From IMG/VR virus record IMGVR_UViG_3300045988_149288: 64,000 nt of DNA; one strand, 5' to 3'. Source of the DNA: a virus. This document shows positions 46,701 to 55,407 of this stretch, one piece after another (the stretch's first letter is position 1; every line of letters starts with the position of its first letter). The translations under genes were made by a program, and so were the position numbers. The notes beneath the pieces were generated by a model. The model did no database searches. It saw only the letters and a list, made by a program, of their open reading frames with translations, and had not been told where the DNA came from.

Positions 46701-47966
46701 ATGAAATTAACAGAAGCTAAAAAAATACTTGTGGAATATGGATATTTGCTTAAAGAATATTCGCCGCATCAAGAAACATATAGCCATGACAGTGAAGGCT
46801 GGGATGAAGCCGAAAAGCGTTTTAAGGCCGGTGCAGACTTAGTAAAAAAGAAAATTGATTCTTTGGACCTCGAAATTACTTCTGAAAATATGTCAGAACC
46901 CGCTCCGATGAATGATACATGGAATTATACCGTTAGGGCTAAATCTGATAATAATCTGACTTATTATTTTTCATTCCATGAAACTAAGCCAGAACGTCTT
47001 AAAGGAAAAGAAGATGTTAAAGGCGAGATGTATGATTACCGTTATTACGTATCTGTTGACGGTGCAATCAATAAGACTCTTTCGCCTGAAAAATCTTTTG
47101 AAAATTCTATAGATTGCGCTAAAGAAATGATAAATGCGATTGATTCCGTGATAAATATTGATACTTCTGGAGTAATTGCGGTTGCTGATAAGATTAAAGA
47201 TGAGTTAGACCCTTGGACTGCAAAGGGATATACAGTAAATGTTAAGATAAAAGAAGCAAATTATGGACATAATAAAGACTACGAAACATTCCTTGACATC
47301 ATTGTACAAAAGAAACTCAGTGACGAAGTTAGGAAATATACATATCAGGGATTTTCTGAACATTTGGCTGTAGCTTTCACCATTAATGGTAAAACATTAA
47401 AATGGAATATTTCTGCTATAAGAGGACATTCTCCGGAAACGATTTCCGCTGATGAAGGTTCTCTTGATAAAATGACTGAATTGATTCAGAAATATGTTCT
47501 TATAAAATATAATGAAATGCTGAGATCGATGAGCGATTCCAAGAAGCGTGCCAATACAGTCAAACCAGATAATTCTAATAAGAAGAAAGCGCAAGCCCGT
47601 CTTAAAGCACACATAGAGGACTTACTCGAAACCGATCTTATCGGTAATTTCGATAAGGCAGTAGAACTTAATAAGGATTACGTCAACGCCATAATCATGA
47701 AACCTGTTGCAGAAGCAGTAAATGATTATGTATATGATAATTACAGTGACGAAGACGGTAGCGTAGGTACTTGGGATGCTGATGACGCTTGGGATTATTT
47801 CGATGATGACTTTGTTGGTTATATCGAAAAGGAATGGAACGGTAGTATTAAGGACTATTGTGATGAATCCGATATTACAACCCTTGACGAATTACAGGAA
47901 GATGTAAAAGAAAATTGGGATTGGGATAGACCAAGCGAAAGTGCATTAGAATACGACCCATATTAA
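46701..47966 (+). CDS. acidic hypothetical protein (421 aa)
   Basis: plus-strand ORF preceded by TTTTTATAAATATAT...GAGGATTTATG and followed by a terminator. Confidence 0.45.
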   Translation: MKLTEAKKILVEYGYLLKEYSPHQETYSHDSEGWDEAEKRFKAGADLVKKKIDSLDLEITSENMSEPAPMNDTWNYTVRAKSDNNLTYYFSFHETKPERLKGKEDVKGEMYDYRYYVSVDGAINKTLSPEKSFENSIDCAKEMINAIDSVINIDTSGVIAVADKIKDELDPWTAKGYTVNVKIKEANYGHNKDYETFLDIIVQKKLSDEVRKYTYQGFSEHLAVAFTINGKTLKWNISAIRGHSPETISADEGSLDKMTELIQKYVLIKYNEMLRSMSDSKKRANTVKPDNSNKKKAQARLKAHIEDLLETDLIGNFDKAVELNKDYVNAIIMKPVAEAVNDYVYDNYSDEDGSVGTWDADDAWDYFDDDFVGYIEKEWNGSIKDYCDESDITTLDELQEDVKENWDWDRPSESALEYDPY

Positions 47967-47984
47967 TAGTTAATAAATTATAAA

Positions 47985-48015
47985 ATAAAAACCGGTTAAT
48001 TATAACCGGTTTTTA
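47985..48015. terminator. bidirectional terminator
   Basis: aaaaccggttaattataaccggttttt. Confidence 0.65.
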
Positions 48016-48057
48016 TTTACTTGTCTCGTTTTACAAAAATCGTAAATCCAAGGAAAC

Positions 48058-49107
48058 CTAAGAAATCAACATTTGTTTTTTATTTAAACTGTTTAAAAAA
48101 TTACTACCATATTTAAAATTCACATAATCCAAATATTTATCACAGTTTATAATTATTTTAACATTATGTTTTTTCATACAATCATATTTAGCTGCATCTT
48201 TCGTATTTTCAATTAACATTTTTTCATATAAAAATTTTGATTTTATTTCAACAAAAGTATTAAAAACTTTAAAATCTGGAAAATAATAATGTTTTTTATT
48301 ATTCCAATAATATTCAAATTTTTCTGTATGATATTCAAAACGTACATTATGATCTTTTAAATAAATGTAAAATGCAACTTCCCAGCTGCTATCAAACCAT
48401 TTATTATCATAAATATATTTAAACTGTGGCGAAACTGAATTATATTTTTCCATACATGTATTAAACTGTTTTTCTCTAACAACAGCTGCTTTCCATGGAT
48501 GATTAACACCATAATTTTCTAGCCATGTTTTTGCCCGCTTTTCACTAATTTCTTTATTATTTAATGAACATTTATCACCATAACGTTCAATATTAGTATT
48601 ATACATTTTTTCTAAATTATTTACCCATGGCTTATTATATTTTTCTAAACATGTTTGTATAGATTTTTCATGAAAAACTTCTCGATAATTTTCACCATAT
48701 TTTTTAATATTAGTTTTATGTAATTTTTCTTGATTATTATAATTTCTATTTCCATATTTTTCTAAGCATGTTTTATATTGTCCTTTTTCCCGTAATTCTT
48801 TTGAAGCCCAATTATGTTTTACTCCATATTTAGCTAAACATGTTTCTTCTGTCTTTTTACGAACTTCAGGACTATTATGTATTTCTTTAGATATACAATT
48901 TTTACAAATAAATGGAAATTTGAAAAATGTATCAGCTCTTCGAGATACAATAGAATTACATCGTTTACATTTAAATTTAACATGTAATCGATTTACTGAT
49001 TTTATTTTTGGAAGAGTATTAAATAATTCAAAATTATTATTATTGACAATTATTAAATCATTATCTTTTTCAAAATGATCTAGTATTATTTGAATTTCTT
49101 TTTTCAT
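48058..49107 (-). CDS. homing-endonuclease-like protein: Zn finger + repeated KYG modules + PD-(D/E)xK-like C-domain (AT-rich)
   Basis: Five to six repeats of (C/N)LEKYGxxxx; C-terminal YFPDF...VEIK nuclease-like; paralog of 53173..54093; RBS enclosed by IR. Confidence 0.5.
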   Translation of the reverse strand: MKKEIQIILDHFEKDNDLIIVNNNNFELFNTLPKIKSVNRLHVKFKCKRCNSIVSRRADTFFKFPFICKNCISKEIHNSPEVRKKTEETCLAKYGVKHNWASKELREKGQYKTCLEKYGNRNYNNQEKLHKTNIKKYGENYREVFHEKSIQTCLEKYNKPWVNNLEKMYNTNIERYGDKCSLNNKEISEKRAKTWLENYGVNHPWKAAVVREKQFNTCMEKYNSVSPQFKYIYDNKWFDSSWEVAFYIYLKDHNVRFEYHTEKFEYYWNNKKHYYFPDFKVFNTFVEIKSKFLYEKMLIENTKDAAKYDCMKKHNVKIIINCDKYLDYVNFKYGSNFLNSLNKKQMLIS

Positions 49108-49154
49108 ATATTACCTCAGTTATTAGTTATTAGTATGCTGCAACATACTATATT

Positions 49155-49220
49155 ATTTATAAAAAGTTAGACTGACCTTGCAGGGTCAGTCAAGTGTAAC
49201 TGAGGTAACACCTGTCCTTT
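49155..49220 (-). promoter_or_regulatory. cassette B: hairpin + CTAACTTTTTATAAATA + RBS-sequestering IR
   Basis: tatttataaaaagttag + gactgaccttgcagggtcagtc + cctgtcc; IR TAACTGAGGTA (49198-49208) vs TACCTCAGTTA (49112-49122). Confidence 0.5.
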
Positions 49221-50366
49221 TTATGATTTACGTCTTACGCAAATCGTAAAACCAAGAAAAGCTATTAAATATAAACTAGCTAAAATTAAGTATAATATAT
49301 TACCCGTAAAGGTATTTGCAAGAATTACAGAAGTTATACCAGCTAAACCCCAACCAGAAAGTGTCATTGAATGAACAGTTGATAAACAACTATCACCAAA
49401 TTGCTTAGCTAATAATGATGGCAATACAGAAAAATTACCGCCATATGCAAATTCACAGAATAATATACCACCTACCAATAAAACCGGATTTTGTGTATAA
49501 CATAAAAATGCGCCTAAAATACCAATAGTACATATAACATTATAGCTTCCTTTTCGTCCAATATAATCACTGGCCGTACTCATTCCAAATCGACCGCCGA
49601 CATTTGCAACAGCGGTAGCAGCCATGAGTGAAGCAATAGCAGTATATCCAGCATTTAAAAATAAGCTTTTTTCCTGTGAAATCAAAGCGAGTCCGCACGT
49701 AATGTTGATAAAGAACATGAACCAGATGGAAATATATTCTTTCGTCAGGAATTTCGCTTTCCATAGGTTCTTATAAGGAACAGCGGTATAGATGGTCGAA
49801 ATAAATGCAGGATTCGGTCTATATAACCAGGAAGAGAAAGACATTACTACAAGGAAAATCAGTCCCATGAGCAAGAATACAACAGGCAACGTAAAGTTTG
49901 CAAGCAAGTATTCAATCATAGGTGCTGCAACAAATTTACCAAGACCGAAACCACAAATACTTAATCCACTAAAAAATCCTTTATGATTTTGAGATAATGA
50001 TAATAATTGTTTAATGGGCGACGTATAACCTATACCAGTGCCGGTTCCCATAAATGAACAACCAATATAATATAATGGTAAAATTCCGGTATAAGATGCA
50101 AATGAGATAGTTAATAATCCTATTGCAAACAAAATTGTTGAAACTATCGCCATTCGTTTAGGAAACATTTCAACGAATCTTCCAAAAACAGCCGCACCCA
50201 TACCAAGGAAGAAAATAATCAATGTAAATCCAATATCAGCGGAGAACTTTGAAATATTAAAAACCTCCATGATATTTTTAGCATATTGCGAATAATTATA
50301 TACACTTCCTAAAACTAATGGAATAAAAATTCCTGGTAAAACAATATTAAATAAATCTTTTTTCAT
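49221..50366 (-). CDS. major facilitator superfamily transporter (10-12 TM)
   Basis: MFS motif-A-like GRFVEMFPKR and DYIGRKG; 12 hydrophobic segments; AT-rich; flanked by cassettes B and C. Confidence 0.65.
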   Translation of the reverse strand: MKKDLFNIVLPGIFIPLVLGSVYNYSQYAKNIMEVFNISKFSADIGFTLIIFFLGMGAAVFGRFVEMFPKRMAIVSTILFAIGLLTISFASYTGILPLYYIGCSFMGTGTGIGYTSPIKQLLSLSQNHKGFFSGLSICGFGLGKFVAAPMIEYLLANFTLPVVFLLMGLIFLVVMSFSSWLYRPNPAFISTIYTAVPYKNLWKAKFLTKEYISIWFMFFINITCGLALISQEKSLFLNAGYTAIASLMAATAVANVGGRFGMSTASDYIGRKGSYNVICTIGILGAFLCYTQNPVLLVGGILFCEFAYGGNFSVLPSLLAKQFGDSCLSTVHSMTLSGWGLAGITSVILANTFTGNILYLILASLYLIAFLGFTICVRRKS

Positions 50367-50377
50367 AATGCAATATT

Positions 50378-50446
50378 TATATATTTAAAAAAGTTAGGGT
50401 AATGCCGCAAACATTACCCAAGCGCTACGGAAAACGCCTGTCCTTT
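50378..50446 (-). promoter_or_regulatory. cassette C (no RBS-sequestering IR evident)
   Basis: atatttaaaaaagttag + gggtaatgccgcaaacattaccc + cgcctgtcc immediately after stop of 50447..50815. Confidence 0.45.
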
Positions 50447-50815
50447 TTAATTAAATGCCTTCGCTGTCATATCTTCGTCATAAAGTTCTTTATACTCATG
50501 CATAAGTTTCAAATTGAAATGCCAATATGGATCTTCTGCATTATCATATTCGATTTTTCCTGTACACTTGTATTCTTCCTTAGGAATATCCCAATAAATA
50601 TCGAGTCCGCCATCTAATTCTTCGATTTTGAGACTAATATTTGGAAGTATTCCATAAGGGTCAAAGATATGCCCGAAAAATCCAGAAATCTGTCGAGAAA
50701 GATATAATACATTATTGCCATTTACTGGTTTTATCAATGCATTATAAATTTTACGTCTGAATTCAATATTATTATCATCGACTATATTACGCCATTCATC
50801 TTGTGTCATTTTCAC
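50447..50815 (-). CDS. hypothetical protein
   Basis: 122-aa ORF. Confidence 0.35.
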   Translation of the reverse strand: MKMTQDEWRNIVDDNNIEFRRKIYNALIKPVNGNNVLYLSRQISGFFGHIFDPYGILPNISLKIEELDGGLDIYWDIPKEEYKCTGKIEYDNAEDPYWHFNLKLMHEYKELYDEDMTAKAFN

Positions 50816-51591
50816 CTCGTCTTATAACCAAAGGGCACCATTTCGGCCTTTATGAATTCTTTATATTTATTCAAACCAATTTCGTTAATTACCCAATTTT
50901 CATCGACTGGTTTTTTAAAATCATAGACAGGTACACAGTCATATTTTGAGTGTTGATTGAATTTATAAAGATAATTCAGAAACATTGCAATGTCGGTATT
51001 GCAATAATCGATAAAATTCTGACATTCAGTTTTGGTAGCAAATCCAATATACTGATTTTTGAGTTTTAAGGCACTTTCGGGGACATTTTGGACTGGGGTG
51101 TATCTTTCCTTGGATAAAAGTGTACACCAGTCCCAGGCTCGTCTATGGCCTCTTATATCGCTTAATTGGATATACCAGGTATTCTTCTTTCCCTGTTCAG
51201 TTCCGATAGTCTTTTTTCCTATTAAATAAGCGTCAACTATCTTCGTAATTTCCTTATATTTCTCAGGATCCGAAAATCTGTTGAATCTGAGGTCATAAAG
51301 GTCAAGTTGCTTCTTGTCGAACTTGAAAATACCGACATCTGAGAAAAATTCGGCATCATCAAACTTTGCATCTCCGACGACAGTCTCAATACGACTGAAA
51401 GACTCGAATCTTTCGTTAAGAATCGAAATATGCTTGTTATTGATATTTTCCTTGATACGATGGTTGTCAACAAAATCTGTAGGTACTAGCCAGACAGCGG
51501 AATCTGTGAACTTCTCACATTCCGACATTACTTTGAGGTAGAACTTTTCACCTTTACCAATATAAGGAGGATTTCCGATTATCGTAAACAT
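50812..51591 (-). CDS. N6-adenine DNA methyltransferase, C-terminal piece (motif IV NPPY onwards)
   Basis: Begins MFTIIGNPPYIG (gamma-class motif IV, cf. M.TaqI FDLILGNPPY). Confidence 0.65.
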   Translation of the reverse strand: MFTIIGNPPYIGKGEKFYLKVMSECEKFTDSAVWLVPTDFVDNHRIKENINNKHISILNERFESFSRIETVVGDAKFDDAEFFSDVGIFKFDKKQLDLYDLRFNRFSDPEKYKEITKIVDAYLIGKKTIGTEQGKKNTWYIQLSDIRGHRRAWDWCTLLSKERYTPVQNVPESALKLKNQYIGFATKTECQNFIDYCNTDIAMFLNYLYKFNQHSKYDCVPVYDFKKPVDENWVINEIGLNKYKEFIKAEMVPFGYKTR

Positions 51592-52010
51592 TTTAAATTA
51601 CTTTCAGTTTCAAGATTGGAAGCAAGTTTCAAAAAGTCCGCGTCTGTATTTATGGTTATCGACCAGTCCCTGCATTGAACTATATCGTTTCGTTTGAAAA
51701 CGACATCACATACTTCTGGCATGATGTCATAAACTGGTTTTTCACGTGTATTATAAATCGCTTCATACTTTTTGGAGCAAATACCGATTCCAGCATACAT
51801 GTTGGGAAATTTGAACATTCCCCAGACACATGGACGTCGACCAAGATTGTCTGTATAATCCTGACTTGAAAAATGACAAATAAGCGGAAGCTGATGATAA
51901 TACACTGACTTCTTTATTTTTTCATTACCTCTTAGAATGGTAATTTTGATTTTATTTTTATTTAAGAACACACTCAGTCTCCAAATTGTGAATAAATTTT
52001 TGAAATGCAT
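51579..52010 (-). CDS. small protein, tandem paralog 3 of 3 inside split MTase
   Basis: C-terminus RNDIVQCRDWSITINTDADFLKLASNLETESNLK conserved with two neighbours. Confidence 0.4.
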   Translation of the reverse strand: MHFKNLFTIWRLSVFLNKNKIKITILRGNEKIKKSVYYHQLPLICHFSSQDYTDNLGRRPCVWGMFKFPNMYAGIGICSKKYEAIYNTREKPVYDIMPEVCDVVFKRNDIVQCRDWSITINTDADFLKLASNLETESNLKCLR

Positions 52011-52293
52011 AATTAGAATCTAATTTAATTGTCCATCCACGACATGAAACGGTATCGCCTTTAAAAAACTCTGCAGCCTTGATATAAAATGGTAGAGTTC
52101 CAGCCATGAATTCTTTATATTCATCTTTATACAATATTACAAACTTGACATAATTACCATTATTGTCATACTCATACCAGCTAAGACAGGTATTATTTAT
52201 CTCTGAATAACAAACATAGAAAGCTTTTGATTTGTTTTTACGTTTAATCCGAACCTTTATTGCTCCAAGTACATATTTTTTACTGCAATACAT
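51958..52293 (-). CDS. small protein, tandem paralog 2 of 3
   Basis: KGDTVSCRGWTIKLDSNYAFQKFIHNLETECVLK. Confidence 0.4.
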   Translation of the reverse strand: MYCSKKYVLGAIKVRIKRKNKSKAFYVCYSEINNTCLSWYEYDNNGNYVKFVILYKDEYKEFMAGTLPFYIKAAEFFKGDTVSCRGWTIKLDSNYAFQKFIHNLETECVLK

Positions 52294-52714
52294 TTTCCAT
52301 CTCCAAATTGTTTACAAGTCTGTCAATATCGCCGCTAGTTTTGATTTCAAGTGTCCAAGTAGGAAATACAACAGTATCTCCACGCTTGATAATATATGTT
52401 GCACGGTCTGGAGTTAACAAACCATAAAAATACCCAGTATTACTTCTATCGATTTCACTTACGGGAATATACTGTACACCAAGGGCATATTTTTCATCTG
52501 GCGGAACATTAGTATGTGGTTTGCCCATCATTAACATGTTTAAATAATCCATAGTGTCTCGCCATTTTTCGGTCAAATCTGGATTATATTTTTTACTGGT
52601 GAAAACTTCTATTCTAAACCAGGGCGCATATTCGACTCTGCTTGAATGTCCGTTTCTAATTACAGTAAACAAAATAGGCTTTGCATGATTTTCAGTAGTA
52701 TCGATAGAACACAT
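52280..52714 (-). CDS. small protein, tandem paralog 1 of 3
   Basis: RGDTVVFPTWTLEIKTSGDIDRLVNNLEMENVLQ. Confidence 0.4.
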   Translation of the reverse strand: MCSIDTTENHAKPILFTVIRNGHSSRVEYAPWFRIEVFTSKKYNPDLTEKWRDTMDYLNMLMMGKPHTNVPPDEKYALGVQYIPVSEIDRSNTGYFYGLLTPDRATYIIKRGDTVVFPTWTLEIKTSGDIDRLVNNLEMENVLQ

Positions 52715-52722
52715 TTGGCCTC

Positions 52723-53172
52723 CTAAGAAACGAATTCAGCAAATCCGCTATTCTTAATATCGGATTCGTTTACTTCTTCCTTTGGCTTCCAGTTTTCAAA
52801 ATCCCATTTGAAAAAGTCAGCACATACAATATTACGGTTTACAATCTTTGCGTATTCAGGTCCAACAATCTCAAGAATTCGTCTTACACATAAATCTCTG
52901 TTATCCTGCATGAGTTCAACACCATAAAGTGTCTTTACCGCATCTTCTGTTGAAATACCTGAAGCAAGGCGTTTTTTTAACATACCTATTAAAATTTGAC
53001 CATTTCCTGCACAAGGATCTAGAAATTTTGCTTTAGGATCTTTCCATTTAACTTCCGGAATTTTGCTAATCATTTGGTTAATAACAGAAAATGGAGTAAA
53101 TACTTCTCCATTTTTCTTTATACGTTCTTTATCACGTATTATACCGTCATTATTTGTAAACAAATCACACAT
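52723..53172 (-). CDS. N6-adenine DNA methyltransferase, N-terminal piece (motifs X, I-III)
   Basis: GEVFTPFSV (motif X), FLDPCAGNGQIL (motif I FxGxG), CADFFKW (cf. M.TaqI ADFLLWEP) then stop before motif IV. Confidence 0.65.
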   Translation of the reverse strand: MCDLFTNNDGIIRDKERIKKNGEVFTPFSVINQMISKIPEVKWKDPKAKFLDPCAGNGQILIGMLKKRLASGISTEDAVKTLYGVELMQDNRDLCVRRILEIVGPEYAKIVNRNIVCADFFKWDFENWKPKEEVNESDIKNSGFAEFVS

Positions 53173-54093
53173 TTAATCTCTCTCTAAAATGATATTCTTT
53201 ATAAAAGATAGCATATTATCTTTATTTTGTAAATAGTCATTTTCTTTAATTCTTATTAACGTAATACCCAATGATAAACATAAAGCATCTTTTTTAGCAT
53301 CACGTTCCCAAATATCTTTAGCTAATGTATTTTCAATAAAATCTGTTTCTTTATAAATGTTTGGGTCAGCATGCCAATATCTGCCATCATATTCAAATGC
53401 TATTTTTAATTCTGGCAAATATATATCTAATTCTCTACCTTTTAAAATGGATCTATCATGCGCTATTATATTACCGTTATAAAATTCACATATCCAAGAA
53501 TATATTTCAAATTCTGCTTTTGAACCAGCTAAATGTTTTTGTATTTTATTTGCTATTTTTTCTTTAACTTCTGGCCATTGAAATGGATTTTCGAAGCCAT
53601 GATTTTTTATATTTGTAGCCTTTATTTTTTCTCTATTAAAATTTTTACCAAATTTTTTACAGGCTTCTTCAGAATGATAATTACCGTTATGTTTCATTCT
53701 TCGAGTTTCTTCTTGTTTTTTACGATTTATTGGATCTGCAAAATTTGAACTATAACCACAATGTTTAATAAATGTATTTACTTTCTTTTCTTTAATTATA
53801 GAAGATTGTGATGGATTTTTTACACCATATTTTTTAAGACATGTATTTTCACGTTGTAGTTTTTTATTTGGGTCTAACATCTGACATTTAACAGAACAAA
53901 ACTGTCTATATCCTGTAGAAATATTAATATAATGTGTTTTGTTATTGCAATCTGGATTATGACAAATATCTTCATTTTCTCGCTTTAGATATTTATCATA
54001 ATATTCTTTACTTTTTAATTTATGAACTGACTTTAAATGACATACCAATGTATGAAATTTGTCAAATTCGCTATTGCAAATTTTACAATACAT
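53173..54093 (-). CDS. homing-endonuclease-like protein: C2H2 Zn finger + KYG repeats + Vsr/DUF559-like PD-(D/E)xK domain (AT-rich)
   Basis: C-terminal ELDIYLPELKIAFEYDGRYWH; N-terminal CKICNSEF..H..H; adjacent to split MTase; RBS enclosed by IR. Confidence 0.55.
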   Translation of the reverse strand: MYCKICNSEFDKFHTLVCHLKSVHKLKSKEYYDKYLKRENEDICHNPDCNNKTHYINISTGYRQFCSVKCQMLDPNKKLQRENTCLKKYGVKNPSQSSIIKEKKVNTFIKHCGYSSNFADPINRKKQEETRRMKHNGNYHSEEACKKFGKNFNREKIKATNIKNHGFENPFQWPEVKEKIANKIQKHLAGSKAEFEIYSWICEFYNGNIIAHDRSILKGRELDIYLPELKIAFEYDGRYWHADPNIYKETDFIENTLAKDIWERDAKKDALCLSLGITLIRIKENDYLQNKDNMLSFIKNIILERD

Positions 54094-54139
54094 ATTTACC
54101 TCGTAATTTTAAAATATTAATTTCCTAGATTAATTTTAT

Positions 54140-54210
54140 TATATTTATAAAAAGTTAGCCAGGAACTAGGAATTCCTGGCAAGCACTACGAGGTATGCCT
54201 GTCCTTTTGT
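54140..54210 (-). promoter_or_regulatory. cassette D: hairpin + CTAACTTTTTATAAATA + RBS-sequestering IR
   Basis: atatttataaaaagttag + ccaggaactaggaattcctgg + gcctgtcc; IR CTACGAGGTA (54186-54195) vs TACCTCGTAA (54097-54106). Confidence 0.5.
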
Positions 54211-54222
54211 TTTATTTATATA

Positions 54223-54996
54223 TTATCTGCCCTTTGTAAAGCGATGATGACATTCATACTCCTGTTCAAAAGCATGATCAACACTATTCAACATATCCAG
54301 ATTATTGATAATAGCCGGAATAGTACCTTCTTTAAATTTCTTTGCGTCATCTGATGTTTTTAAAGAAAGCAATGCATGTAAAATATGGAAAAAACATTCA
54401 ATATCTGTCTTGTCTGAATCTTTTGTAATATACGGTGTTGTTTTGGACGCTCTGACTTTATTCTGAATACTATACACACAGTTTCTGACCATATTCAGTT
54501 TTCCAGAATTTTTATTTACAGTTTCTTTTCGCGAGTTATTATTCCTATAAAGACAGAAGTACATTTCATAACCTTTTGATGTAGTTTCCATCTTCGTCTT
54601 GTCTTTCAAATAATATACATCTTCAGTAATGACATAATCTGCAATAACATTTATAATAACGTCATTATCCGGATGTTTTACCTGGAATACAATCGTTGAA
54701 TATACAAGATTGTCTTGTAAATTTGACTTATCTACATAATATACGAAATTGCCATCTTTATCTACATGCCGTTGATTATCATCTTCTATCGGTGCTCTAA
54801 AAGCGGATAGGTCATAACCACATATTTCAACACCGTTATCTGCAAACAATTTGACTATCCAAGAAACATCATTGGATTTACTTGTCAGTTCTTTCTTAAC
54901 TTTCTTAACCTGTTCAATAACGTGTTGATGAATAAACACTTGCTCATCGAGACAAGCATTAATATCTTTTACAAGTTGTTTATCCACATCTTTCAT
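54223..54996 (-). CDS. hypothetical protein
   Basis: 257-aa ORF. Confidence 0.35.
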   Translation of the reverse strand: MKDVDKQLVKDINACLDEQVFIHQHVIEQVKKVKKELTSKSNDVSWIVKLFADNGVEICGYDLSAFRAPIEDDNQRHVDKDGNFVYYVDKSNLQDNLVYSTIVFQVKHPDNDVIINVIADYVITEDVYYLKDKTKMETTSKGYEMYFCLYRNNNSRKETVNKNSGKLNMVRNCVYSIQNKVRASKTTPYITKDSDKTDIECFFHILHALLSLKTSDDAKKFKEGTIPAIINNLDMLNSVDHAFEQEYECHHRFTKGR

Positions 54997-54998
54997 AA

Positions 54999-55406
54999 TT
55001 AACCGGGCAAAGAATCCAAAGCTTCTTCTGTTTCACTCTGTTGTACTCGCAAATAGATATTGCGATAATCAATGACGTTTTCGTAGATTGCATTAAATAC
55101 GGTCTTGATGTCTCGCAATTCTCTGCTGTTAAACCAGATAGTAAAAGAATCAGCACTACGTTGATTTCCATTACATAGAATCATGCATTGATTATGAAGT
55201 TCAATGCAAAGCTGATTTCCGGGAATATGGAAAAACTTCGAACGTTCAGGACGAATAAAACCGTGATGAATCATAAAAGAATGAACAGTGTCGTGAACTT
55301 CGTCAGAAAACGGAATGGCATCACTTATCGTATTAAGGAAATAAGCATGCTGTTCAGCCGGTGTCATTTCCCTAAAACTTTTTATTTCTTTTTTCTTTCT
55401 AGCCAT
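54999..55406 (-). CDS. hypothetical protein
   Basis: 135-aa ORF. Confidence 0.35.
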   Translation of the reverse strand: MARKKKEIKSFREMTPAEQHAYFLNTISDAIPFSDEVHDTVHSFMIHHGFIRPERSKFFHIPGNQLCIELHNQCMILCNGNQRSADSFTIWFNSRELRDIKTVFNAIYENVIDYRNIYLRVQQSETEEALDSLPG

Positions 55407-55407
55407 A

